A stretch of DNA of 64,000 bases from Malacoraja senta (taxonomy: Eukaryota). The notes under the pieces are model-generated. The model had not been told where the DNA came from. It worked only from the letters and a program-made list of their open reading frames with translations, and did no database searches. The stretch covers positions 1 through 64,000 of the forward strand of contig JAXLNO010000361.1 of NCBI GenBank assembly GCA_038087875.1, read 5' to 3'. Below are positions 24,878 to 38,198 of this stretch, piece by piece. The translations under genes and the position numbers were made by a program. Position 1 is the stretch's first letter, and every line of letters begins with the position of its first letter.

Positions 24878-25204
24878 GGGTAGCAAAGTGGCACAGTTGA
24901 TAGAGCTGCTGCCTCACAGTACCAGAGACCCAGCTTTGATCCCGATCTTGGGTGCACTCTGTGTGGAGATTGCACGTTCTCCCTGTGGTTTCCTCCGGGT
25001 GCTCCGGTTTCCTCTACATTCCAAAGATGTATCTGTTACTCAGATAATCGGCTTCTATAAATTGCCCTTGATGTGTGGGGAGTGGATGAGAAAGTGGGAT
25101 AACATAGAGCCAGTGTGTATGGGTGATCGATGGTCGGTTGAGACAATGTGGGCTGAAGGGCCTGTTTCTATTCTGTATCTTTAAAACTAAAACTAAGCTA
25201 AAAC
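24878..25204 (+). mobile_element. HE1-like SINE
   Basis: tRNA-like head, tgcacgttctccc body, gaagggcctgtttc tail, (CTAAAA)n. Confidence 0.85.
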
Positions 25205-25399
25205 CTTACAGGCCTCATTCATTCATATTTTAAATTATTTTATATCAGTCAAATGTGTTTTAATTAAATGTACTTTTTCATTTATTTAAAGTAGGGCAAG
25301 AACATTGCTGTCCAGTTGAATAGGATCCTAGTTTTAAGGATGATTTTCAAATATGAAAGAAACTTTGCAGCATTTAGAGTGTACATAATTTACATTTCT

Positions 25400-25830
25400 A
25401 AATTCCTGTTTCCTCTTTGTCACTCTTATCTCTAGATCCACCGTGATACCCATATGGTCTTTTCAAAGATTTACATCTCAACTGCACAGAACTTCTAAGT
25501 GAAGTCTTACCAGGGAGATTTGTTGTAATGAAATCAAATGCCTTGAGGTCTATCATAACATACGCATTGCTCTGCTGCTAACATCTTTACAATGTTATTT
25601 AGTTAATTAACATTAATTACGATAAATTCATTTTCCTTTACTATCTTTAATAAGTTATAGCACATTATGCATATCTATTTCAGATTTTTAATTCCAAATT
25701 CAACAACTTGTCCTTATCTAAATTAAAATCCATCTGCCACTCTTTAGCTCATTTGGTTAATTTGTGCAGATCATGTTGAAGCAGTTTATATCCTTCATAT
25801 TTGTCATCTGGCCACATAACTTAATACCAT
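25400..25830 (-). mobile_element. Ancient CR1-group RT remnant
   Basis: Minus-strand traces DLKAFD and ADD...LQHDLHKL...EWQMDFN. Confidence 0.5.
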
Positions 25831-26329
25831 TAGTAAATAGGCAGAGAACACTACTTTCAAAGAATTTATAAATACACCTAACAGCTGGATGAATGGAACA
25901 CACAGATGAAATAATTTACTAATTATTCTTGCTCAATACCAAGCAGTCACAAATAGTCAGGTGGTAATATTTCACTAATAAAATTAATGTCAACATGAAT
26001 GACCATCAAAATCAAACCGTTTATTAAAACAATGCCAGGCAATTGCTTTCTCAGGATGGCAGATGTGGTGAAGTGGAAATGTTTCCATTTAAAATTGTTT
26101 ATGATTTTGTACCGGATAAAAGGAACCCCTCTCCAAAGTCAATTAAGGATTCACAAGAGAACACTGTCTTTAGAAACTAGCAAAGGACGATGAAGAAAAA
26201 TTGACATAGAAAGAGATATTAGAATTTGAGCATAAACACATAAAAATAGACAGCAGGAGCTTCTTTTCGATATGTGTAAAAAGATTAGTGATGTCAAAGT
26301 CAGGAGAATGTTCTTTTGATGAATAAAAA

Positions 26330-26800
26330 TGCCCCAAAAATGTATTTTTCTGTCTGCAATGAATAAGACACAGACACTTCCAAAAATAATGAAGAACCAA
26401 TGATCTAATGCAAATGCGGAAATAAATGAAATATGCATTAGTACGGAAGTATTACTGAGAAAGTAAATGAGCCTGAAAATTGATGGATCTTGGGACCTGA
26501 TGATCTATATTCCAGGGTGTTGAAAAAGGTGGCCATTGAGATAATGGATGCTGTGGTTATAATCTTCCTAAATTCTGGAATGATTCTTACAAATTGGGCA
26601 GTAACAGATATGACCCCCACTATTTAAAAGAGAAAGGAGAGAGAAGGCAGGGAAGTACCCATAGTTAACCTAACATCAACAGTAAGGACAATTCTGGAAT
26701 CTATGAAACCTAAACAATGTCAACACATTTAGAAACAAGTCAAAATGGACATAAAAGGAATATCATATTTGACTAAACTATTGGAGTTCTTTGAAGATTT
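26330..26800 (+). mobile_element. Old CR1 ORF2 fragment
   Basis: GPDDLYSRVLKKVA and LTKLLEFFED remnants. Confidence 0.65.
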
Positions 26801-26909
26801 TTTAATAGACTATATCGTCAAGTTTATTGTTATAAGCACAAATACAATTAAGTACCAGTACAATGCACAATCTTGCTTGCAGCAGCATCATGGGCACATA
26901 GACAAATAC

Positions 26910-27605
26910 ACCACCACTGGTTGGCGTCAGCAATGGCTGCCTCACCAACAGTGTCTGTCCTTTCCTTCTTTGTGTTTTAATTGTGTGTTAAATGTATGTT
27001 TTTAGTGTTCTTTAGCGATGTGGGGTGGGGGGGGTTGGGGGAAACTTTTTCTAATCTCTTACCTTGACGAAGATGCGATTTTGTCCCGTATCGTATCTCC
27101 GTCTGCACTGCGGCCTAACTTTGAGGAGTTGGCGGCCGCTGCTGGAGACCGACTTTTGAGGTGCCTGCAGGACTTAATATTGTGGAGCCTGCAATCCCTT
27201 TGCCAGGGATCGACCTTGGACCGTGGGTGCTTGCGGACTTACATCACGGAGTCCATGGTCTCTGGTCAGAGACCAACATCGGGAACTCCATGCCGTAAGT
27301 GCTTCGACCGCACTGACGCGGAAGTTTTGACTGCCCCCGACGCGGGAGTGTCGATCGCCCCGATACGGGAGTTTCGATCGTCCCGACGCGTGAGTTTCGA
27401 TCGCCCCGACGCGGGAGCTTCAACCTCCGGCTGTGGGAGCTTTGATCGCCCCGACGGATGGTTCGACTGCCCCAACCATGGGAGAAATAAAGAGGAAGAA
27501 GATTGGACTTTTTTGCCTTGCATCACAGTGAGGATTGTGCGGAATCCGCTGTGGTGGATGTTTATGTTAACTTTTATGTAGTTGTGTGTCTTGTTGCTTT
27601 TTTTA
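26910..27605 (+). mobile_element. Non-coding CpG-rich retroelement, family X copy 2 (tail lost)
   Basis: Shared 5' box, hairpin and 3' motif; contains an approximately 23-bp minisatellite. Confidence 0.75.
27301..27483 (+). repeat. About 23-bp minisatellite (consensus near TTCGATCGCCCCGACGCGGGAGC), about 8 degenerate units
   Basis: Direct tandem units visible with no unique spacers. Confidence 0.85.
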
Positions 27606-27624
27606 TCGTAAGAGGAAAAAATTA

Positions 27625-28425
27625 GTTAAAACCAAATGTACCATTGAAGACTGAAAAGGATGTATTTATTATGGGGAACAAGGAAATGGCAGATGAGTTG
27701 GACAGGTACTTTGGATCCGTCTTCACTAAGGAGGACACAAACAATCTTCTTGATGTACTAGTGGCCAGAGGATCTGGTGTGACAGAGGAACTGAAGGAAA
27801 TCCACATTAGGCAGGGAATGGTGTTGGGTAGGCTGATGGACTGAAGGCTGATAAATCCCCAGGGCCTAATGGTCTGCATCCCAGGATAGTTAAGGAAGAG
27901 GCTTTAGAAATCGTGGACGTATTGGTGATCATTTTCCAATGTTCTATAGATTCAGGATCAGTTCCTGTGGATTGGAGGGTAGCTAATGTTATCCCACTTT
28001 TTAAGAAAGGCGGGAGAGAGAAAACAGATAATTATAGACTTAGTTAGCTTGACATCGGTGGTGGGGAAGATGCTGGAGTCAATCATAAAAGATGAAATAG
28101 CGGCACATTTGGATAGCAGTAACTGGATCAGTCCGAGTCAGCATGGATTTACGAAGGGGAAATCATGCTTGACTAATCTTCTGGAATTCTTTGAGGATGT
28201 AACTAGGAAAATGGACAAGGGAGAGCCAGTGGATGTAGTGTACCTGGACTTTCAGAGAGCATTTGATAAGGTCCCAGATAGGAGATTAGTGCGCAAAATT
28301 AGGGCACATGGTATTAGGGGTAGAGTGCTGACATGGATAGAAAATTCCTTTTCAGAATGGCAGGCAGTGACTAGTGGGTACCGCAAGGCTCGTTGCTGGG
28401 ACTGTAGCTATTTACAATATATATT
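27625..28425 (+). mobile_element. CR1 ORF2 internal fragment
   Basis: SLTSVVGKMLES, QHGFTKGKSCLTNLLEFFE, YLDFQRAFD. Confidence 0.9.
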
Positions 28426-29382
28426 AATGAAGGCTGTGGGGAAGTAGCTATTCCTGAACCTGGTCATTGCAATCTTCAGGCTCCACTACCTTCTACCTGA
28501 AAGTAGTGGGGAGATGAGTGTATGGCCCGGATGGTGTGGGTCATTGATGATGCTGCCAGCCTTTTTGAGGCAGCGACTGTGATAGATCCCCTCGATGGAT
28601 CCCCCCTGCTCAGAGCCGATGATGGACTGGGCAGTGTTTACTACATTTTGTATTATTTTCCGCTCCAGGGCGCCCAAGTTTCCGAACCAAGCCACGATGC
28701 AACCAGTCAGCATGCTCTCTACTGTGCACCTGTAGAAGTTTGAGAGAGTCCTCCTTGACATACTGACTCTCCATAATCTTCTCAGGAAGTAGAGGCACTG
28801 ATGTGCTTTCTTTATCATTGCATCAGTGTTCTCGGACCAGGAAAGATCTTCAGAGATATGCACGCCCAGGAATTTGAAGCTCTTGACCCTTTCCACCATC
28901 GACCCATTGATATAAATGGGGACTGTAGGTCCCCATCCTACTCCTCCAAAGTCCGCAATCAGTTCCTTGGTTTTGCTGGTGTTGAGGGCCAGGTTATTGT
29001 GCTGGCATCATTTGGTCAGTCGGTCGATCTCACTTCTATACTCTGACTCGTCCCCATCAGTGATACGTCCCACAACAGTGGTGTCATCAGCGAACTTGAT
29101 GATGGAGGTCGCACAATGACCGGCTACGCAGTCATGAGTATAGAATGAGTACAGCAGGGGACTAAGCACGCAGCCTTGAGGTGCTACCTGCTGATTGTTA
29201 TCAAGGCTGACACATTTCCACCAATACGAACTGACTGTGGTCTGTGAATGAGGAAGTCGAGGATCCAATTGCAGAGGGATGCACAGAGACCCAGTTCTGC
29301 GAGTTTGGTAACCAGCTTGGAGGAGATGATTGTATTAAATGTCGAGCTGTAATCAATGAATAACAGCCTGACATATGAGTTT
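28426..29382 (-). mobile_element. Rex1/Babar-like LINE RT fragment
   Basis: [46 protein letters not shown]; highly similar to 57605-58600. Confidence 0.9.
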
Positions 29383-29399
29383 TTCTTTGCAGCCCTACT

Positions 29400-29960
29400 T
29401 AAATAGAGGCACAATAACAGTCACCGTCCAGTCTTCCAGCATGTCATCCATGTCTAAAAATGATTCATATATCCCAGCCAGGGCTCCTGCAATTTCTTGT
29501 CTAACTTCCCACAGTGTCCTCAGATACATCTGATCAGGCCTGGAGATTTATCTACCTTAATTTTGCCTTTGGACGGCAAGTACTTTTCGTCCATAACACG
29601 CACTGTCTTCAAGACAACTCTGTTGACTGACCCAAGATTCCTCGTCTTCATACCTTTCTCCACTGTAAAAATAGAGGAAAAAGACTCATTAGGTACATTG
29701 CCCATCTCCTGATCCACAAATAGATGACTGCTTTGGTTTCTGAGAGGCCCTATTCTCTCATTAGTTACTCTCTTTCGCTAGTGCTTATAAAATCTACTTT
29801 AATTCTCCTTAATCTTATCTGCAGAGCTCTCTTCTGCTACCTTATGCCTTCCTGATTTCCTACTTAAATATGTTCCTCTGTCCTCTAAACTCCTTCAGGG
29901 ATCCCAGTTTCCTATACCTTGCCCATGCCTCCCTTTTCCTGACTATTGCTCAATTTCTCT
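29400..29960 (-). mobile_element. Old CR1 ORF2 fragment
   Basis: NESFSSIFT..E, IKVDKSPG. Confidence 0.65.
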
Positions 29961-30084
29961 CATCATCCATGGTCCCCTACTGCCTTGTACTTTCAACATC
30001 CACTTTCCGGACATCCTTTTGCCTGCAAACAACATACTCCAATCAACGTTAATATGTTTCTGTCTTATCCATGGGATAATGTTG

Positions 30085-30640
30085 ACTGCTTTAATGAAAA
30101 TTCTACAGATGTGCCATAGAAAGCATTTTATCAGGATGCATCACAGCATGGTTTGGGAACATCTCCATCCAAGATCGCAATAAATTGTAAAATGTTGTGG
30201 ATATCGCCCAGACCATCACGCAACCCAACCACCCTTCCATTGACTCCATCTACACTTCACACTGCCATGGCAAGGCCATCGGCATAATCAAGAACCAGCC
30301 TCACCCCAGTCACTCCCTCTTCTCCCCTCTCCCATCAAGCAAGAGATACAAAGGTTTGAAAATGCATACCTCCAGATTCAGGGAAAGTTTCTACCAAGTT
30401 GTTTTCAGGCAATTGAACTATTCTCACACCATCTCGAGTGCAGTCCTAGTCTCCAATCTACCTCATTGGAGACCTTTGAATATTCTTTAATTGGACTTTA
30501 CCAGACTTTATCTTACACTAAATGATATATTCGACTGGATAGCATGCAACAAAAAAGCTTTTCACTGTACCTCAGTATATGTGACAATAATAATAAACTA
30601 AACCAAACTAAATGAACTAAACTAAAACTAAACTAAACCA
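30085..30640 (+). mobile_element. Rex1-like LINE 3' end with (CTAAA)n tail
   Basis: HPSHSLFSPLPS.KRY...TSRFRESF; aagcttttcactgtacctc...aataaactaaac tail. Confidence 0.8.
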
Positions 30641-31429
30641 ACTGAGGATATTTAAATTATGCAGCTAGCTGTTAATCAGCAAAGCTGTTAAATTGTGTGC
30701 CTTTGCAACTGCAGGCCCAGGAGAGAAAATGTGTGAGTGTGCACATGTATAAGAGCACAAAGAACATTTCCACAGTGTAATCTGTTTCAGGTTTTGCAGT
30801 ACAGAGGACTTTGATTACAGTTTGGGGACACAAATGCTCAGACCACGTAATCTGTTCTCTCCAACCAGTTTCTTGTAATGCGCAAAAGAGGCCCTAAAGC
30901 ACAGTTTTAAATTACTTTTGTGAAGCCAGGGAAAGAAGGAAACCTCCAGGCACTAAAAATAATGCAGGTCACGACAACCTCAGACTCCAACACACTCTAT
31001 AACCATAATTCCCCTTTCCGGGTCGTGCAATGTTTCCAGCCTACTGCAAATTGCACTGACCCAGTTATGGCGAGTTGCACAAGGACATCCATTTGGTGCC
31101 TACTGCCCACTGATTCTATTTAACAGATGCCCAAGGCTTAGAGTGGCTCTGGCGTCTTCATGGGGAGCTTTCAAATTCCATCTGTCACTCGGCCAAAGGA
31201 TACAATGGTTTTATCATACACCTCTATACGTTAATTGCAATTCATGCTGCTCTCTGTCTTTGTTCAATTGTTCCCGTTGCGTTACTCCAGCATTTTCTGT
31301 CTATCTTCCATGTAACCAGCATCTGCATTTCCTTCCTATACATTTGTTCAATTACTGTTGGATTCAGATAGCTGACAAATGCATAAGGGCTGGTTTAATT
31401 TATTTTGCAACTCAAGACTCTGCAGCTTG

Positions 31430-31850
31430 AGTGAAGAACAAACTGATGGAGAAACTCATTTGGAGCGTTTGGGGACAGAAGGCTAGTCGATACTGGGTCA
31501 TGATCGTGCATCAGGACTGAGGGTGCGGAGGGGAAATAACTAGGAAAAAAAGTGAGAGAGGTGGGCGAGGTGGGGGCTAGCAGAAGGGTCTCGACCCAAA
31601 ATGTCACCCATTCCTTCTATTCAGAGATGCTGCCTGTCCTGGTAAATTACTCAAGCTTTTTGTGTGTCTCTTCAGGTGATGCGTGAAGCCAGGTGAGCTG
31701 GGAGATGATGGATCAGATGGGCCCAGGTGAGGGAGGGGAGATGTAGAGTTGATGATGGGTGATAATTTGTGATGATAGTGAGAGAAAAAAAGAGACAGGA
31801 AGGTGATGTAGAGACATAAGAGGCTACAATTGCTGGAATCTGAAAAGGAA
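31430..31850. mobile_element. Penelope-like fragments in mixed orientation
   Basis: gaagggtctcgacccaaaatgtcacccattcc...agagatgctgcctg at 31582-31670, within oppositely oriented related sequence. Confidence 0.55.
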
Positions 31851-32069
31851 GGTGATTGTGGAACTAGATTATGGGGAGATGGAAAATGTTGGGTGAGGGT
31901 TATAATTTAGTTTAGTTTAGTTTATTATTGTCACAGGCAACAAAGTACATGTTGTTTGTGTGCTATCCAGTCAAAGAAAAATACTATACATGAATACAAT
32001 TAAGCAGTCCACAGTGCACAGATAAAGGATAAAGGGTACAACATTCAGTGCAAAAATATAACATTGAAG

Positions 32070-35000
32070 CACTGGAGATAGAGTGCAAGTTGCATCAGGA
32101 GCTAAAATTGGCATTTAACAAAAGTAATGCTACGGTGGTTATGGAAGATTTCAACATGCAGGTAGACTGGGAAAATTAGGTTGTTACTGGACCCCAAGAA
32201 AGGGAGTTTGTAGAATGACTCCGAGATGGAATCTTAGAGCAGTTTGTACTGGAGCCTACCAGGGAGAAGGCAATTCTGGATTTAGTGTTGTGTAATGAAC
32301 CGGATTTGATAAGGGAACTGTAGATCTGCTCTACCTATATGTTCATCAATACTAACACACATACGTTACACACCACTCGGATCTATAATAACCATATAGT
32401 CGCCATATAGTCACCATTTAATCACCATTTAATACTAACGTTTCCAGACACCAGCTGGCAGCCGAGATGCAGCTACAGTGATGTCAACATGTTGTGTTAC
32501 TTTATTATATGCCAATAAACTTGTTGGATCTTTACTTGGAGTATGTGTTAATAACTCTACATGGTGTCAGAGTTTTGGGACCCATTCTACTCCTAGTTTA
32601 TCGGGTTTTTTTTTTAAAATTCCCCAGTATTTTCTTTCTCCTTCCCACTTTATTATGGCTCAATCATTTAAGAAGCCCGATCCCCTGGTTTTCAATGCTG
32701 ATCTTAGTGAGCCTTGGCAGATTTTTGAAAGGGATTTCAATGTCTATATTTTGTCTGCCCATCGCGGAGCGCCTCCCGAGCTGATAGCTGCTGTACTTCT
32801 CAATGTCGCGGGCTCAGAAGCTATTCAATGAGCTGAGCAGTTCCACTATGCCCCGGCTGTGTTGGGTGACAACGATGAGGAAATCACCCCTCAAGAGTCT
32901 ATGGACGACCCAGTCTGTTTAATGAACAATTTCAGACACCTGTGTGAACTTCAGACCAACATGGTTATGGAGCAACATGGTTTCGGACCAACATTTTTGC
33001 CATTCGCCCGTACTTCCCGGTCCGTGATGAGCTCATGCTCCAGGACGGTGTGATTTATTAAGGACACAAGGCGGTCATTCCAACTGTTTTACGAGACAAA
33101 TATTTTGACTCTGTCCACAGGGGACATCCCGGCATCGAGGCAACCATTCTTCGAGCCAAGAGCATGTTTTTCTGGCCCGGAATGATCGAGTTTATACAGG
33201 ATAAGGTATGCTTTAAACAGGAGAAGGTGGAAGCCTGCGCAATCTGCAATAACCTAGTACCCCATCAACCCAAGCAGCCGCATCCTCCTTACCCTTTCAC
33301 TGCCCTACTATGGTCCACACTGGCAACAGACATTTTTGAATGGCATGGTAAACAATACCTGGTTCTGGTTGACTTGTACTCGGGCTGGTTTGAGATCGAT
33401 CTTGAGTTCCTGGACTGTGTCACACCATGACTGATATTCTCTCTTCCCCGGTCCGGCGTCCGTTTGCGGAGTCTGTGCCCAGCATGTATCCTGCCTTCTC
33501 GTCACCACAGTCATGGTCCTGGTCTCCAGTCGCACCTCACCCATCTCACGGATCTCGGTGTTCCAACAGTCCCCGCTCACAGTTCTCGCCGGTGAAGGAT
33601 GGAGATGCGAGCTTGTACCATACACGTGCAGGTCGCATTTGTAAACCTACCCTTAGATACGGGGACTATGCTTAACCTGCTCCAGTGCTGAAGCGACTGC
33701 CTATTTTTACAGACGCCAGTTAACTTCATTAGTTGTACTCACATATATATTCGTAGTTACGTTTATTTTCTTAAGATGAAAGATATAGATCTGCTCTACC
33801 TATATGTTCACCAATACTAACAAACATATGTTACACACCACTCGGATCTATAATCCAGTCTGGGTTTTACCATATAGTCACCATTTAATATTAACATTTC
33901 CAGACACCCAGCTGGCAGTCGAGATGCAGTTACAGTGATGTCAACATGTTGTGTAACCTTGTTATATGGCAATAAACTTGTTGGATCTTTACTTGTAATA
34001 TGTTTTAATAGCTCTACAGGAACTCAAGGTAAAGGAACGAGTTGGAGGTAGTAAAATGATAAGTTTTAATCTGCAATTTGAGAGGGAGAAGGTAAAATTG
34101 GAAGTGTCAGTATTGCAGTTAAATAAAGGGGACTATGGAGGCATGAGGGAGGAGCCGACCAAAGTTGACTGGAAAGGAACCCTAGCAGGGATGACGGGGG
34201 AACAGCAATAGCGGGAATAATCCAGAAGATGCAAGGTAATTTCATGCCAAAGAGGAAGAAAAGATTCTAAGAGGAGTAAGAGTGACCGTGGCTGACAAGG
34301 GAAGTCAAGGACAGTATAAAAATAAAAGAGATAACGTATAGAATAACAAAGATGAGCGGGAAGCCAGAGGATTGGGAAACTTTTAAAGATCAACAGAAGG
34401 TAACTTAAAAAGGCAATAGGGGGGGAAAAGGTGAAGTATCAAGGTTAGCTAACCAAGAATATAAAGGAGGATAGTAAAAGCTTCTTTAGGTATGTGAAGA
34501 GAAAAAAAATTATTATGACAAATGTGGGTCCCTTGAAGACAGAAACAGGTGAATTTAATATGGGGAACAAGGAATTAGAAGACCAGTTGAACTGGTATTT
34601 TGGTTCTATCTTCACTAAGGAAGACAAACAATCTCCCAGATGTACTAGGGATCAAAGGACCTAGGGTGATGGTGGAACTGAAGGAAATCCAAGTTAGGCA
34701 GGAAATGGTGTTGGATAGACTGACGGGACTGAAGACTGATTAATCCCCAGGGCATGATGGTCTGCATCCCAGGGTACTCAAGAAGGTGGCTCTAGAAATC
34801 ATGGATGCATTGGTGATAATTTTCCAATGTTCTATAGATTCTGGATCAGTTCCTGTGGATTGGAGGGTAGCTAATGTTATCCTACTTTTTAAGAGAAAGC
34901 AGGGAATTATAGACCAGCTAGCATGACATCGGTGGTGGGGAAGATGCTGGAGTCGGTATTAAAGATGTAAGGGCGGTGCATTTCTATAGCAGTAACAGGA

Positions 35001-36110
35001 TCAGTCCAAGTCAGCAAGGTTTACGAAGGGGAAATCATGCTTGACTAATCTTCTGGAATTTTGTGAGGATGTAACTAGGAAAATGGACAAGGGAGAGCTA
35101 GTGGATGTAGTGTACCTGGACTTTCAGAAAGCATTTGATAAGGTCCCACACAGGAGATTAATGGCAAAATTAGAGCACATGGTATTGGGGATAGGGTATT
35201 GACATGGATAGAAAATTGGTTGGCTGATAGGTAACAAAGAGTGGGGATTAACAGGTCGCTTTCAGAATGGCAGGCAGTGACTAGTGGGGTACCGCGAGAC
35301 TCGGTGCTGGGACTGCAGCTATTTACAATATATATTCATGATTTAGATGAAGGAAATAAAAGTAACACTAGCAAATTTGCAGATGACACAAAGCTGGGTG
35401 GCAGTGTGAACTATGAAGAGGATGCTATGAGGATGCAAGGTGACATGGACAGGTTGGGTGAGTGAGTAGATGCATGGCAGATGCAGTATAATGTGGATAA
35501 ATGTGAGGTTATCCACTTTGGTGGCAAGAACAGGATGGCAGATTATTATCTGAATGGTGTCAGGTTAGGAAAAGGGGAGGTACAATGAGACCTGGGTGTC
35601 CTTGTACATCAGTCATTGAACAAAGAGGTCCTTCTGCAGTTATACAAGGCCCTGGTGAGACCACACCTGGAGTATTTACAAGGTTAATTCCCGGGATGGC
35701 AGGACTGTCATAAATTGAAAGAAGGGAGCGACTGGGCTTGTATTCACTGGAATTTAGAAGGATGAGAGGGGATTTATAGAAACATATAAAGTTATTAAGT
35801 GATCGGACACGCTAGATGCAGGATGTTGGGGGAGTCCAGAACCAGGGGCCAAAGTTTAAGAATAAGGGGTAGGCCATTTAGAACTGAGATGAGGAAAATA
35901 CAGAGAGTTGTGAATTTGTGGTATTCTCTGCCTCAGAAGGCAGTGGAGGCCGATTCACTGGATGCATTAGAAAGAGAGTTAGATAGAGCTCTTAGCGGAA
36001 TCAAGGAATATGGGGAGAAGGCAGGAACGGGGAACAGATTGTGGATGATCAGCCAGTGCTGGCTCGAAGAACCGAATGGCCTACTCCTGCACCGATTGTC
36101 TATATATCTA
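32070..36110 (+). mobile_element. CR1 LINE (5'-truncated), interrupted by an LTR element
   Basis: Colinear with CR1 ORF2 at 41720-44300; FADD at about 35377; 3' UTR ggcctactcctgcacc. Confidence 0.9.
32319..34018 (+). mobile_element. Internally deleted Gypsy LTR retrotransposon (1.7 kb) with both LTRs
   Basis: LTRs 32319-32561 and 33784-34018 (TG/TA...CA); 5-bp TSD ggaac; PBS tggtgtcag at 32562; purine tract before the 3' LTR; gag N-terminus and integrase remnants (HRGHPG...CAIC; DIFEW..YLVLVD). Confidence 0.93.
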
Positions 36111-36112
36111 TA

Positions 36113-36460
36113 GCCTGTTGAAGTACGATGAAAGGTAGTTAAAAGTTCTTCAATGGTCTTTGCTATATCCACAATTCTCTGCAATTTTTTTCGGTCTTGG
36201 ATGCAAACTGTTCACAAACCACGCTACGATGCATGCTGATAAGATGTTTTCTACAGTATCTGTAGACGTTGGTGACGGTTGTTGTCAAACTCGCTAAGCC
36301 TTCTAAAGGAGTAGAAAATTACAAATTTGTATTCTGTTACATGTTTTCTGCAGGCTTATTCTACCCTTTGTTTTAGAGTCGGTGAGCTTTCTTGGCCATA
36401 GCTTTAATGAGGCTAGTCCAAAACAAATTGCTGGTGATATTTATTCCTAGGAACCTGAAC
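36113..36460 (-). mobile_element. Old Rex1-like fragment
   Basis: Colinear with 57780-58090. Confidence 0.6.
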
Positions 36461-37621
36461 CCCCTCCCCCTTTTCATATATTTTATATCTGTTCACAACA
36501 AATTGAGGAGCTGTAATTTAGCAATCTAATTTAATTGTTTGTTTTTGGAAAATTTCTGTTCTTCCAATGTATATGGGCACATATAGAGTTTTTGATGCAA
36601 ACCATCAACACTCTTTATACCAACGACAGCAAAAAATAGCATGAATTTTTACCAACAGGTTTCAGAATTATAAAGCTGTAATGTCTTTGTTACTCTATTC
36701 CCAATGCTGTTAAATAATACATTGAAAGGATGACAATTGATGCAAAATGACCAAGGGAGGCTATTTGTGTTTTTGCTACAGAAATGTGACATATTAAGAC
36801 CTGGATACTTACTGATAACTAAATATCTAATAGGCTGAATGACCTCCTTCTGCAAGGTAATATGTACAGTGTAAGTAAAAAGTAATGTGGTCTTCAGTTC
36901 ACATTGCAAAATTATAATATCACTCACTAAACTAAAAATATTGAAAAAAGAAAATTGTTTCTTTCATGGATATTTATCTTTTTATGTGTTCCCAACTGAA
37001 ATAATTGTTAATTCTTTTTAATATTACATTTTTTTCTGCAGGCTTATTCTACCCTTTGTTTTAAAGCTAATCTATTCTGTTTCTATTTTGTGAGGAGATT
37101 ATTGCAGGACCTCCCCAGGTTCCGATGTCTGGCTTACGTACAGGCCGGACATTTGAACAAGTGTTTGGGAAGTCAGTGTGACAAATTTGTCAACTGTTAC
37201 AGGGGTGGGGGCATTTTCTACCATGTTGGAATTTGGGATGTGACGATATCTGAAATATTGAGCTAAATGTCCTAGTTTAACTACATGTTGCCCCTCCTTT
37301 GTCCTTTGTTTTATTTTAATGTATTGCAGATTCACTGCATTTTCAATTTGCAAACTGTTTGGGTGATGAACAGTTCTCTGGAATGGAATGATGTCATAAC
37401 CGGGGAAGGACATGTATTTATCTTCAGACCCTTACTCTGAAGAATGAACTTAGTTGAAAGTGTTGTGGGCAGTGTTGGCAAGGACGTGTGTAGACAGTTA
37501 CCACCAGAAGTTAAAAAAAGATGGATTAACATGGGTAGAGACAGTTGTATAGATAAAATAGGAAACATGTGGGTTTGGTTCTCTTTTGTTGTGCATTTTG
37601 GGTTGGCCATTTAAAAATGTA

Positions 37622-38198
37622 CAAACATAGAAACATAGAAAATAGGTGCAGGAGTAGGCCATTTGGCCCTATGGGTCAACACCGCCATTCAATGTGGTAT
37701 ATCAGAACCCCGTTCCTGCTTTCTCCCCATATCGCTTGATACCATTAGCCCGAAGAGCTATATCTAACTCTCTCTTGAAAACATCCCGTGAATTGGCCTC
37801 CACTGCCTTCTGTGGCAGCGAATTTCACAGATTCACAACTCTCTGGGTGAAAAAGTTTTTCCTCATCTCAGCCCTAAATGGCCTACCCCTTATTCTTAAA
37901 CTATGACCCCCATGGTTCTAGACTCCCCCAACATCGGGAACAATTTTCCTGCATCTAGCCTGTCCAATCCTTTAAGAATTTTATATGTTTCTATAAGATT
38001 CCCTCTCATCCTTCTAAATTCCAGTGAAAACAACCTGTCGACCCATTGTTTCATCATATGTCAGTCCTGCCATCCCTGGAATTAACCTTCTGAACCTACG
38101 CTGCATTCCCTCAATAGCAATAATGTCCTTCCTCAAATTAGGAGATCAAAACGGCACACAATACTCCAGATGTAGTCTCACCATGGCTCTGTACAACA
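37622..38198 (-). mobile_element. CR1 3' fragment with (CTATGTTT)n tail
   Basis: Same 3' UTR and tail as 41651 and 52141. Confidence 0.9.

Noticed and set aside
24878..24950. tRNA gene
   Set aside because: Degenerate tRNA-like SINE head continuing into the SINE body; the same applies at about 7180, 49095 and 55893.
25436..25550. Host exon after a strong-looking acceptor
   Set aside because: Stops in all three frames; the region is the antisense of an ancient CR1-group RT.
27301..27483. CRISPR-like array
   Set aside because: Units are contiguous and degenerate with no unique spacers and no cas genes; it is a minisatellite inside a eukaryotic retroelement.
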